Below are positions 37,829 to 46,773 of a DNA stretch of 64,000 nucleotides, piece after piece. Each line of letters starts with the position of its first letter. Within the stretch, counting starts at the first letter, position 1. The stretch is from the NCBI GenBank assembly GCA_018655525.1, contig JABIJM010000030.1, positions 28,083-92,082 on the forward strand, read 5' to 3'. The position numbers and the translations under genes were made by a program. A model generated the notes under the pieces. That model had not been told where the DNA came from. It did not search any database and saw only the letters and a list, made by a program, of their open reading frames with translations. Source of the stretch: Candidatus Woesearchaeota archaeon (GTDB lineage: Archaea; Nanobdellota; Nanobdellia; Woesearchaeales; GW2011-AR9).

Positions 37829-38681
37829 TACTTAACGCTTCTTTTAACCCTTCAGCAAACACAGAAACATTTGCTGAGAACCATGATTCAACACCTACAC
37901 CGATGAGTAGAATAACTAATCCTACCAATAAAAGGTAAAGGTTAAAACCAAAAACTTCAAAGAAACGATGAGAAGCAAATTGTTCTAATAACACATCTTT
38001 TGAGATTATGCTTCCCGCAATAGCTGCGCAAGCATATGATGCTACTGTGATTAACGATATTAGTAAAACACTTCCTATGAAAATTAAAGAGTTTACTATT
38101 GTTGCTGTGTCTCCTGTGAATAATCCTAACCAGAAATGTGATCCGAATAATAAAAGTGTTCCAAATACGGAAGCTTTCCATGTTATTAAGAAAACTGCCC
38201 CATCACCAGTTAATAATGCGATTAAAAAGATTGCAAGAAGGAAGAATAAGTTCTTTTTTAGGAGCAATAAAAAGCCGCCAGTAGAAATTGCCTGAATTTG
38301 TGTATTGAATAACATGTTACTCATGTGAGGGATAATTTTTGGAAGAAGTAATGGAACTAATGCATATGCGACAACAATAGAGACAAATAACGTTAAATAA
38401 ATTTTAACCATACCCATATCGTCTTTCCAAATTTCTAATAATGTGATTTTTTGTTCTAAACTCTCTTTACGTTCTTCAATTGAAAATATTTTGTAAAGTT
38501 CTGGTAAAATAAGTAATGCTGTAAATGCAACCGCAACAAGCATTGGATCTGTAGGGAATAATGCACCTGCAATCGCAAGCCCAATTGTGGAATAGATAAA
38601 ACCTAATAAGAATACAAATAGAATGGACATGAAACCTTTTCTTTCTAACCAATCTTCTGGAAATATGTGTTCTAAAACCAT
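37812..38681 (-). CDS. SpoIIM/DUF95-like integral membrane protein (paralog 1)
   Basis: MVLEHIFPEDWLERKG... Tandem duplicate of the downstream gene. Conserved ILPELYKIFSIEERKES block. Confidence 0.45.
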   Translation of the reverse strand: MVLEHIFPEDWLERKGFMSILFVFLLGFIYSTIGLAIAGALFPTDPMLVAVAFTALLILPELYKIFSIEERKESLEQKITLLEIWKDDMGMVKIYLTLFVSIVVAYALVPLLLPKIIPHMSNMLFNTQIQAISTGGFLLLLKKNLFFLLAIFLIALLTGDGAVFLITWKASVFGTLLLFGSHFWLGLFTGDTATIVNSLIFIGSVLLISLITVASYACAAIAGSIISKDVLLEQFASHRFFEVFGFNLYLLLVGLVILLIGVGVESWFSANVSVFAEGLKEALSIGGGF

Positions 38682-38819
38682 TTAACAACCTCTTTTAGAA
38701 TCTTATAAAACATTTTGAGTTTATATATGTTTCTTAGAATGAGTGCAGTTAACACAGAGTATTAGGTTTCTTGAATTTACAACCACAACTTATTTAAAGC
38801 CTCTAAATCTTAAATTTTT

Positions 38820-39677
38820 ATGTTTAAATCTCAGATAAAAACAGTACTATTATTAGGAGGATTAACAGGTCTCCTTCTAGGAATTGGACAAATTCTTGGT
38901 GGAAGACAAGGATTAATTATAGGGTTATTATTTGCTGGAGGAATAAATTTTTTCTCGTATTGGTTCTCAGATAAAATTGTGTTGAAAATGTACAAAGCAA
39001 AAGAAGCTGATCAATCTCAACATTCTGATTTATACCAAATGGTAAGGGAAATTACTTCACATGCAAAACTTCCAATGCCTAAAATTTATGTGATTGAAAC
39101 ACAACAAGCAAACGCATTTGCAACTGGACGTAATCCAAAACATGCAGCAGTTGCTGTCACAACAGGTATCACACAATTATTAACAAAAAGCGAACTTAAA
39201 GGCGTTCTTGCACATGAAATAGCACACGTAAAAAATAGAGACATCTTAATTTCATCCGTAGCAGCAACAGTTGCAGGAGTTATTTCATATCTTGCGATGA
39301 TAGCACGATGGGGTGCAATCTTCGGAGGATTCGGTGGAAGAGATAATGATAACGGGGGCATTGTAGAATTATTAGTATTAGCAATTGTTGCGCCCATCAT
39401 GGCATTAATAATCCAAATGGCAATTTCTAGAAGTAGAGAATTCTTAGCAGATGAAACAGGTGCAAAATTAATCAGAGACCCTTATTCACTTGCATCAGCT
39501 TTGGAAAAAATAGAAGCAAACGTTAACCATTTCCCTCTTAAAAAAATGGGATCAACAGAAGCAACTGCTCACATGTTTATCCACCATCCATTTAGAGGAA
39601 AAAGTATGTTCAAGATGTTTTCTACACATCCCTCTACAAAAGAAAGAACAAAAAAATTACGTGCAATGAAACTTTAA
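38820..39677 (+). CDS. htpX: HtpX-like M48 zinc metalloprotease
   Basis: HEIAHVKNRD (HExxH), N-terminal TM pair, downstream E...Gly-rich TM, C-terminal THPSTKERTKKL. Confidence 0.85.
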   Translation: MFKSQIKTVLLLGGLTGLLLGIGQILGGRQGLIIGLLFAGGINFFSYWFSDKIVLKMYKAKEADQSQHSDLYQMVREITSHAKLPMPKIYVIETQQANAFATGRNPKHAAVAVTTGITQLLTKSELKGVLAHEIAHVKNRDILISSVAATVAGVISYLAMIARWGAIFGGFGGRDNDNGGIVELLVLAIVAPIMALIIQMAISRSREFLADETGAKLIRDPYSLASALEKIEANVNHFPLKKMGSTEATAHMFIHHPFRGKSMFKMFSTHPSTKERTKKLRAMKL

Positions 39678-39901
39678 GATTTTAATTCTTGAACCTTTGC
39701 AGTGACATTGTCAGCAAGCGTATTCTTCCTTACTGCAATTTGATTATTTGCAGTTGCTACAACATCACCTGGAGCAGCTCCTTGAGGGTTCTTTTTTGAA
39801 GCTTCAAGGCTACTTATATCATTTTGTGCAGCTTGAAATAACGCTAAAATTTCAGCACGTACTGACCTTAATTGTGAATCTTGTTTACTAAACCATCCCA
39901 T
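39674..39901 (-). CDS. Hypothetical small protein
   Basis: 75-aa ORF. No family recognised. Confidence 0.3.
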   Translation of the reverse strand: MGWFSKQDSQLRSVRAEILALFQAAQNDISSLEASKKNPQGAAPGDVVATANNQIAVRKNTLADNVTAKVQELKS

Positions 39902-40007
39902 TTTATATTACCTCATTTAAGTTTTTTATATATCAACATTTCCACCTTTATTAAGATTGTGCCTATTGAACGCAAGTTTTATCAACTAGAATTTAATCAA
40001 AAGAGAT

Positions 40008-40358
40008 ATGATCACAATATACTACAACTCAAAATGTAGCAAATGTAGACAAACGCTTGCATTATTACAAGAAAAAACAGATGAAGAGATTAATATCATT
40101 GAATATCTAAAAACGCCACCTTCAATTGAAGAACTTCAACAAATCCTACAAAAATTAAATCTAAATCCTCAAGAGATCATCAGAAAAGGTGAAGAAGAAT
40201 TTCAAGAATTTAAGGGAAAAGAATTCTCAGATAAAGAATGGATCCAGATATTACACGATCACCCAAAATTAATTCAACGACCAATTGTAATTATAAATGA
40301 GAAAGCAGTTATTGCACGACCACCAGAAAATGTGTTAAAAATATTACAACTCCCGTAA
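40008..40358 (+). CDS. ArsC/Spx-family thioredoxin-fold protein
   Basis: MITIYYNSKCSKCRQTLALL (CxxC near the N-terminus), IQRPIVIINEKAVIARP. 116 aa. Confidence 0.7.
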   Translation: MITIYYNSKCSKCRQTLALLQEKTDEEINIIEYLKTPPSIEELQQILQKLNLNPQEIIRKGEEEFQEFKGKEFSDKEWIQILHDHPKLIQRPIVIINEKAVIARPPENVLKILQLP

Positions 40359-42974
40359 CTTCTTCAAGGTATCATCAACATGTGTTTTCTTTTCCTTAAT
40401 TGCTTTTGGAGATCCACCACCATGCCATGTAAATCGTGGACGCATTTGTACAGGGAAAATACGTTCATTTGCATCATCAAAGACAACTGCTGCTCCTTTC
40501 ACACGCGGGAGATGATCTATTTCATCTACCAATCCAGTACGCATGTAACTCTGTGTTAATTGTCCTAACGCCTCTGTATCCATTTGTGCTGTTAATCTAT
40601 GAGCAAGAACCGTATCTGATTGTGTCATAACATCTGTGTGAATTTTTGCAGGTTGTTGAGTTGCAAGAATTAAACTGATTCCTGGTTGACGTCCTTCACG
40701 TAAAATTGTAATTAATGCATCTGAAGCTGCTGTTTTTCCATCATGAGGAAGAAGTTCATGTGCTTCATCAATTGCGAGCCATACTAACGGTTCTGTCATT
40801 TTTTCTTCAGTATCTTTAGAAAAATAATGCATTGCAGCATCTACAGATTTGAATTCTTCTGTCTTTCGTGCAAGCATTCTTTGATTAAACAATGTCCGAC
40901 TAATTAAACCTACAACTAACGCTTTAATTTCCCAACCAGAAGCCATAGTTGCATAAGGAGAAACATCTAAAACAGTTACTTGACCGCCTGCAACAATATC
41001 CTTCAAGGGGGTTCCTTCTTTAGAAAAAATACCCCATCCTTTTGCTTTTTGAAATTGATTTTCAACAATATTTCTTACAACTTTTTCTGAATCTTTTTCT
41101 TGAGAGATAAGAGAAATGAGTTCTTCCATATCATAAGACTCATTTTTATCTTTTAAATTTTGAACCACTTTTGAAATAAGAACACCTTCAGCAGTATTCA
41201 ATGAAATGTCAAATGCCCGACTCCAGTCTAAAGGATCAACATCAATTGGACGTATTGAAAACGGAAAATCTGTAGGGATTCCTTGTTCTTTATATTTGTA
41301 AAAGAAACCTGAAGGGGTATAAATTTTGACATCTAATGCCTTTGGATCAAATCCCCATTGTTTCACGAGATCTGAGTCTTGAAGATTAGGATATTTCATT
41401 GTCCAATAAATACCCATCGTATCCAATAAAACAATAGAAAGGTTTTGTTTGATTTCAACGGGTAAATCCGCTAAACCTTCTGCAATAGAACCCATGGTGT
41501 ATGAATTATGAACAATGATACCATTAGCAACAAAATTGTGAGTTTCAGGAACAGTAATGTCATAAACAGTTTCATTTCCTTCAATTTCTTTGATAGCCAC
41601 TATTTCATCCCAAAAAATATCTGAATTCGCAAACTTAGAAAGTAAATCAGATTCATCTGCAACAGCAATTTGTAATAATTTTTGTCGTGAAGGAGAATAT
41701 TTTGTACTTTCACGTAAAGCTTTAGGATGAGCATAACCCATCTTCCTTCCAATTGCTGCCCAATTATCTGGTTTATACATATCCCAAATTTCTTTTGGAA
41801 CAGTATCAACATTAGGGTTTCTAATAATTTTCACTGATTCTTTTAAAGCAATTACAGAACGTTCTTCTTTTTTACCATAAAAACCTATCTCCTGAAGATA
41901 CGTGTTAACATTTTCTCCATAAATCTCCAATTCATTAGCCTCAAATCCCTTTTGATTAACTTTTTTACGGATTTTAGCTACAATTCCGAAACGTAATAAT
42001 AAATGTTGTACCTGAGAAATTAATTGATCAGAAATAGAACAATAACTTACAAACCAATGATTTGCTTTTTTGTAAATTGTCCCATCGCAAGAAAACAAAC
42101 GATTTAAAAATAAACTAATTTGATGTTTTGGCATTGTAAAAATACAATCAGGAACAAATTTTGTTAAAGACCTAGTCTCATAAAGTTTAAGTTCTTCAAG
42201 CCAATTACGTATTGATGAATGATCCCATTTTGGATTGTTAATAAATTGTCCATTCTCATCTCTTGAACTTTGCTCTTTCATTACTTTTTTGATTTGGGAA
42301 ACTCTAAAGCAAGAATCATCACTGTGCCGTTCAATTCTTAAATTATCATCAAAATCATAAACTGATTGTTTAAAATCTGAAACAATTTTTTGATCTTTAT
42401 TAGAAAATAAAACAAATCTATTTCCTAAATGGCCTTCAGCAATAAGATAAGCTAAAAGTTTAACTTCACATTCCTTTATTGATAAATCACCAAAAGATTC
42501 CAATTTACGTGGTGTTGCAACTCTTGAACCTATATTCAATTTTTCTATTGGAGACCAACCCTTAACAGTTAACAATGGATGCTCCGGAGTTAATTTAATG
42601 ATTTTACCGGTTCTAAACTTAACTTCAAATATTCGATCAACCTCCCTTTTATAAAAGTGAGATTTTTGACCTTCTTGAATCTTAAAATCAGAATTTAAAG
42701 TATAAATATTTTGATTCTTTTCTTCTAAATCTTTAATTTTTACAAGAGAACCATCATCAAGTGTAATTAAAGTATCACCATGAAGACATTTTCCACTCCC
42801 TCTTTTGCCGACGATAAAGACAACATGCGCTCCTGCGACATCCATGTACACAGGATTAGAAAGAGATGTGGTTTGACCCATCTTAACATATTGTTTTCCA
42901 ATAAGAACGGTTCCTTCCTTGCCAAACTTTTCCACGTCTTTTTTGCTTCTGCCGATAATAACATCAAACACCAT
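40344..42974 (-). CDS. HerA/DUF87-type P-loop ATPase (FtsK-HerA superfamily) interrupted by an intein in the Walker A motif
   Basis: Extein: VVFIVGKRGSGK|SYTMGS (Walker A), LAIDEAHELLP (Walker B), ILATQQPAKI (DUF87 ATQRP-like). Extein total about 448 aa. Confidence 0.6.
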   Translation of the reverse strand: MVFDVIIGRSKKDVEKFGKEGTVLIGKQYVKMGQTTSLSNPVYMDVAGAHVVFIVGKRGSGKCLHGDTLITLDDGSLVKIKDLEEKNQNIYTLNSDFKIQEGQKSHFYKREVDRIFEVKFRTGKIIKLTPEHPLLTVKGWSPIEKLNIGSRVATPRKLESFGDLSIKECEVKLLAYLIAEGHLGNRFVLFSNKDQKIVSDFKQSVYDFDDNLRIERHSDDSCFRVSQIKKVMKEQSSRDENGQFINNPKWDHSSIRNWLEELKLYETRSLTKFVPDCIFTMPKHQISLFLNRLFSCDGTIYKKANHWFVSYCSISDQLISQVQHLLLRFGIVAKIRKKVNQKGFEANELEIYGENVNTYLQEIGFYGKKEERSVIALKESVKIIRNPNVDTVPKEIWDMYKPDNWAAIGRKMGYAHPKALRESTKYSPSRQKLLQIAVADESDLLSKFANSDIFWDEIVAIKEIEGNETVYDITVPETHNFVANGIIVHNSYTMGSIAEGLADLPVEIKQNLSIVLLDTMGIYWTMKYPNLQDSDLVKQWGFDPKALDVKIYTPSGFFYKYKEQGIPTDFPFSIRPIDVDPLDWSRAFDISLNTAEGVLISKVVQNLKDKNESYDMEELISLISQEKDSEKVVRNIVENQFQKAKGWGIFSKEGTPLKDIVAGGQVTVLDVSPYATMASGWEIKALVVGLISRTLFNQRMLARKTEEFKSVDAAMHYFSKDTEEKMTEPLVWLAIDEAHELLPHDGKTAASDALITILREGRQPGISLILATQQPAKIHTDVMTQSDTVLAHRLTAQMDTEALGQLTQSYMRTGLVDEIDHLPRVKGAAVVFDDANERIFPVQMRPRFTWHGGGSPKAIKEKKTHVDDTLKKLREL
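41505..42788 (-). mobile_element. Intein (428 aa) with an embedded LAGLIDADG homing-endonuclease domain
   Basis: Starts CLHGDTLITLDDG and ends IIVHN|S. Internal LLAYLIAEGHLGN and LNRLFSCDGTIY motifs. Inserted after the Lys of GKRGSGK. Confidence 0.7.
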
Positions 42975-43012
42975 ATCAAGTATAAATAAGAAGAATGTAA
43001 TAAAGGTTTGGG

Positions 43013-43555
43013 TTAGAATATATCTCTTAACCGAGATTCAATTGAGCCTTCAACATGTAAACTTCCTTTAGGGATATCTTTACTAGAAAACGCATAATTA
43101 GATTTAATTCTAGAAAGACCAAGATGTTTTTTTCCACTTGGAGCAGGATCCACTAAGTGGTGTGCATCCCAAGGAAGAACATAAATGTCCCTATACAATA
43201 TTGATCGTTCAGACACACTCCTCATTTCTGTAGGGGCATTCTTTGATTGACCCAACAACAAAAGCCAATACAATGTTAATTCAGAATTTTGGGAGTGACC
43301 TTCATAATTCTTAATTTGGTCAACATCTAATGGCCACCATTCAAAATCTGATCTTGGTCGTTTTCGCATGCCATTTTGAACTAAAGGATATGTACGAGAT
43401 TTTAATTCAAATATCGCTTCCTTACCAATTAAATCAGGTTGAATCATACTATCCTGATGTTGATGTATCGGATGCCTCTCTAAATCAAAATTCCTACACA
43501 AATAGCGAAGATGCAAGGTCTCAAGATGATTCTTTACAGAACTACTACTTAACAT
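43013..43555 (-). CDS. Hypothetical protein, possibly a PD-(D/E)XK nuclease (Hjc-like core)
   Basis: IQPDLIGKEAIFELKSRT resembles the D...ExK core of Hjc-type resolvases. Weak. Confidence 0.3.
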   Translation of the reverse strand: MLSSSSVKNHLETLHLRYLCRNFDLERHPIHQHQDSMIQPDLIGKEAIFELKSRTYPLVQNGMRKRPRSDFEWWPLDVDQIKNYEGHSQNSELTLYWLLLLGQSKNAPTEMRSVSERSILYRDIYVLPWDAHHLVDPAPSGKKHLGLSRIKSNYAFSSKDIPKGSLHVEGSIESRLRDIF

Positions 43556-43616
43556 AGATATTTTGAGATTATATGTTATATAAAATTAATTAAAAAAAAA
43601 TTAAAAGAAAAAAAAT

Positions 43617-44900
43617 CTAAATTTTATCTTCAGTAAGAACATTCACTCTACTTGATTTAACTTTACTTGAAGTTCCAACAACGTGATTTACACCAACTTT
43701 CTCAGCTAATTGCGCAAGATCATCGTTTACTTCACCATCTAAAGCTAATGCGTGAACACCGCCACTTAGACTTTTTAATGTTGCACCAAGTTCACTTAAA
43801 GGAACATTTCCAAGAACTTTCATACCCTTATCAAAAATCCGCGCTCCACGTGTTCCAAATAAATCTTCCATAGCATCCTTCAAAATTTTACCTTCAGGTG
43901 CTGCTAACGGTTTACTAGAACTTCTTGGAGCCATTGGTCGTTTATTCGCACTATGCGCAGGTCTCTGTGGACGTCCATTTGGTCTTTGTGAAGCTTGATG
44001 AGGCGCTCTTTGGTTCTTAAATTGACGAGTTGGACGTGCTTCTTCTTTCAAAGAACCATCGTCATTTACACCTAAATCAAGTTTACCTTGTTCAGCGGTA
44101 ATTTTTCCACGTAAAGCTTTATGGATTTCTTTTTTCGTAAGTTCTTCAACTTCTTTTCCATCAGGAGCTTTACACACAAAATCAATTTCAGCTACACCTA
44201 ATAATTCACGAACAATTAGATCTCCACCACGATCACCATCAACAAATACAGTTGTGGTTTTCTTCTTGGTTAAATCTTTGATTGTCTGTGGACATGAAGT
44301 ACCATTCATTGTAATTACATTCTTAAATCCGTGTTTAAGTAATACAAGAACATCTGCTCTTCCTTCTACAATGATAATATCTTCACTGTCATCAATCATT
44401 GGACCAGCTGCTAATTTCTCTGAACCGTATTCAACCATTTCCATTTGACGTACTGATTGAGAGACTTCATCTGCCAATTCTTGAGAATCAGGAAAAGAAC
44501 TATCTGTTAAGTTACGTAGTAATTCTTTTGCTCTGTTAACAACAAATTGTCGTTTACTTGTACGAACATCTTCAATTTTTTGAACTAAAACTTTTGCATT
44601 ACAAGGACCAATTCTTTGAATGATCTCTAATGCTGCTGCAACAATTGCAGTTTCTGTTTTATCAAGAGAACTTGGAATTATGATTTCTCCTTTAGTTTTT
44701 CCACTTACTGTTTTTACGTTTACTTCAATTCGGCCAATTCTACCCGATCTTTGTAATTCACGTAATTCTAAATCGTTTCCTAACAAACCTTCTGTTTGTC
44801 CGAAAATAGCTCCAATTACATCTGGTCTATCAACTACACCAGAAATGTTAATTTCAGCTGTTACTATGTATTTTGCCGCTACTGGGCTTATTTTTGCCAT
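43617..44900 (-). CDS. dnaG: Archaeal DnaG-like primase (Toprim; exosome-associated)
   Basis: N-terminus MAKISPVAAKYIVTAEINISGVVDRPDVIGAIFGQTEGLLG, Toprim IIIVEGRADV...VDGDRGGDL, basic unstructured C-terminal half. Confidence 0.85.
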   Translation of the reverse strand: MAKISPVAAKYIVTAEINISGVVDRPDVIGAIFGQTEGLLGNDLELRELQRSGRIGRIEVNVKTVSGKTKGEIIIPSSLDKTETAIVAAALEIIQRIGPCNAKVLVQKIEDVRTSKRQFVVNRAKELLRNLTDSSFPDSQELADEVSQSVRQMEMVEYGSEKLAAGPMIDDSEDIIIVEGRADVLVLLKHGFKNVITMNGTSCPQTIKDLTKKKTTTVFVDGDRGGDLIVRELLGVAEIDFVCKAPDGKEVEELTKKEIHKALRGKITAEQGKLDLGVNDDGSLKEEARPTRQFKNQRAPHQASQRPNGRPQRPAHSANKRPMAPRSSSKPLAAPEGKILKDAMEDLFGTRGARIFDKGMKVLGNVPLSELGATLKSLSGGVHALALDGEVNDDLAQLAEKVGVNHVVGTSSKVKSSRVNVLTEDKI

Positions 44901-45115
44901 TTTTATTTCCCCCTAGAAAGAGTAGCTTTTAGAGAGGTTGTTTCTCTGATTGTAAGCTAATGTAATGATCGTGATAAACGTTTATAACGTTTTTATGAGC
45001 ATACTCTTTCTTTGTCTTTATAGAAAAATAGATATCACTTTTACTGTTCTTATTGTGAATGTAAATTATGTGATTTAAACCTATTTTTCAGGTTTTTTGT
45101 GTCTTTAATGATTAT

Positions 45116-45190
45116 GAAGCCCGAGTCACTAACCCCTGAATTCATCGCTTGGTTTTACCGTAGACTCCACCAGGTACTCTCGCGACGGGC
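45116..45190 (+). ncRNA. Candidate structured RNA (GC-rich island in a 570-nt intergenic region). Strand and identity unknown
   Basis: GCCCGAGTCACTAACCCCTGAATTCATCGCTTGGTTTTACCGTAGACTCCACCAGGTACTCTCGCGACGGGC. Terminal GCCCG/CGGGC closure and internal GAGTC/GACTC, CCTG/CAGG, GGT/ACC pairings. It stands out against about 30% GC surroundings. Confidence 0.3.
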
Positions 45191-45392
45191 TATGAAATTA
45201 AATTGTGTGGTCTAGTATATAAACCTTATGCTAGAAAAGTAGAATGGTTTGAAAACAAAGGAATTTTGAGCTTATTTTATTGAAAAAACCTAAAATTTTA
45301 AAGTAAAAAAACCCCAGCAAACCAACATTAGATGCTGACTTACTGAGGAAAAGAGGTGGTTTTGAGGTGTATTCCTATTTTTGGAGGAGTTC

Positions 45393-45402
45393 TTTATAAA
45401 GG
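45393..45402 (+). promoter_or_regulatory. TATA box (TTTATAAAGG) for the rio1/KH operon
   Basis: Same 10-mer plus a downstream TTTTGYCTYTTTT block as at 50701. Start codon about 70 nt downstream. Confidence 0.5.
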
Positions 45403-45473
45403 TTTTGTCTTTTTTGTAACTTTTTAGTAAGTACACCCAAACCTACTTAAACTAGGAAGCAATTAAGCTCAAT

Positions 45474-46184
45474 ATGGTTACACTAAAACATCAAGAACGA
45501 TTCAGAACTGCTAAAGGCGTCTTTGATGCTCACACAGATAGAACACTCTTTGAACTTCAAAGTAGAGGTATTTTTGATGAATTAGAAAGCCCACTTTCTG
45601 TAGGAAAAGAAAGCAATGTATTCATTGCATTAAAAGATGGAGAAAAAGTCATTGTTAAAATTTATCGTATGCAAAATTGTGATTTTAATTCAATGTTTGA
45701 TTATATTCGTAAAGATCCAAGATACGAATTTATGAAGAAACATAGAAGACAAATTATCATGGCATGGGCACAACGTGAGTTTAAGAACCTGATAAAAGCA
45801 GAAAGAGCAGGAATTAAAACACCAGAACCTTTAGGATGGCGAAATCATATCGTAGTAGAAGAATTTATTGGAGATGTTGAAGCAGCACCTCCATTAAAAG
45901 ACCAATATCCTGAAGATCCAGAAAAATTCTTTGAAACAACAATAAAACAAATGAAAATGTTATATGATGCGGGTTTAATCCATGGAGATTTATCTTCATT
46001 CAATATTTTGAATCATAACGAAGAACCTTATTTTATAGATTACTCACAAGGAACATTAACAAAAACACCAAATTCAATGGAATTACTTGAAAGGGATGTT
46101 AGAAATATTTGTAAATTTTTCAAAAAATTAGGTGTTGACACAAATTACGAAGAAACACTTAAAAAGATCGTTGCAAAAAAGTAA
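45474..46184 (+). CDS. rio1: RIO-type serine/threonine kinase (Rio1-like)
   Basis: KESNVFIAL (ATP-binding Lys), LIHGDLSSFNIL (catalytic loop), DYSQG (metal-binding). No N-terminal wHTH. Confidence 0.85.
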   Translation: MVTLKHQERFRTAKGVFDAHTDRTLFELQSRGIFDELESPLSVGKESNVFIALKDGEKVIVKIYRMQNCDFNSMFDYIRKDPRYEFMKKHRRQIIMAWAQREFKNLIKAERAGIKTPEPLGWRNHIVVEEFIGDVEAAPPLKDQYPEDPEKFFETTIKQMKMLYDAGLIHGDLSSFNILNHNEEPYFIDYSQGTLTKTPNSMELLERDVRNICKFFKKLGVDTNYEETLKKIVAKK

Positions 46185-46188
46185 GATA

Positions 46189-46728
46189 ATGGAAGAATCA
46201 CAAGCAGAGTTTAGTTATGAACTAAAAGTTCCCGAGGAACGAGTTGCAGTTTTGATAGGAACAGATGGTACTACAAAAAAACAAATTGAAGAACAAACAG
46301 GCTGTAGTTTAGATATTTCTAAAGAAGGAGACGTTACAATTATGGGTGAAGACGGTATGCAACTTTACACCACAAAAGATATTGTAAAAGCAATTGGACG
46401 CGGATTCAATCCAAGAATTGCATTATTATTATTAAAACCAGATTATGCTTTTGAATTAATTGACATGACCGATATTACAGGAAAAAGTAAAAATGATTTA
46501 TTACGTGTAAAAGGACGTGTGATCGGAAAGGGTGGGAAATCACGTGAAGAAATTGAACGTTTAACTGATACAAACATCACCGTTTATGGAAAAACAGTAG
46601 GTATGATTGGTGAAGTTGCACAGGTAACCGTTGCACGTCAAGCAATTGCAATGCTGCTTAAAGGAAGTATGCATAAAACAGTCTATCATTTCTTAGAACG
46701 AAAGAAAAAAGAGATGTTATTTGGATGA
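46189..46728 (+). CDS. KH-domain RNA-binding protein (aDim2/Pno1-like), downstream of rio1
   Basis: Two KH motifs (VLIGTDGTTKKQIEEQTG; GRVIGKGGKSREEIERLTD). The ATG at 46189 follows the rio1 stop. Confidence 0.65.
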   Translation: MEESQAEFSYELKVPEERVAVLIGTDGTTKKQIEEQTGCSLDISKEGDVTIMGEDGMQLYTTKDIVKAIGRGFNPRIALLLLKPDYAFELIDMTDITGKSKNDLLRVKGRVIGKGGKSREEIERLTDTNITVYGKTVGMIGEVAQVTVARQAIAMLLKGSMHKTVYHFLERKKKEMLFG

Positions 46729-46773
46729 ATCACACCAAAACACTTATAAATTCTCTACGAAATTCCAAAGTCA

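Noticed and set aside
45100-45200. C/D-box sRNA reading of the 45116..45190 element (ATGATTATGAAG ... CTGA)
   Set aside because: Only one CUGA, and no second box pair at appropriate spacing. Box C match is poor.
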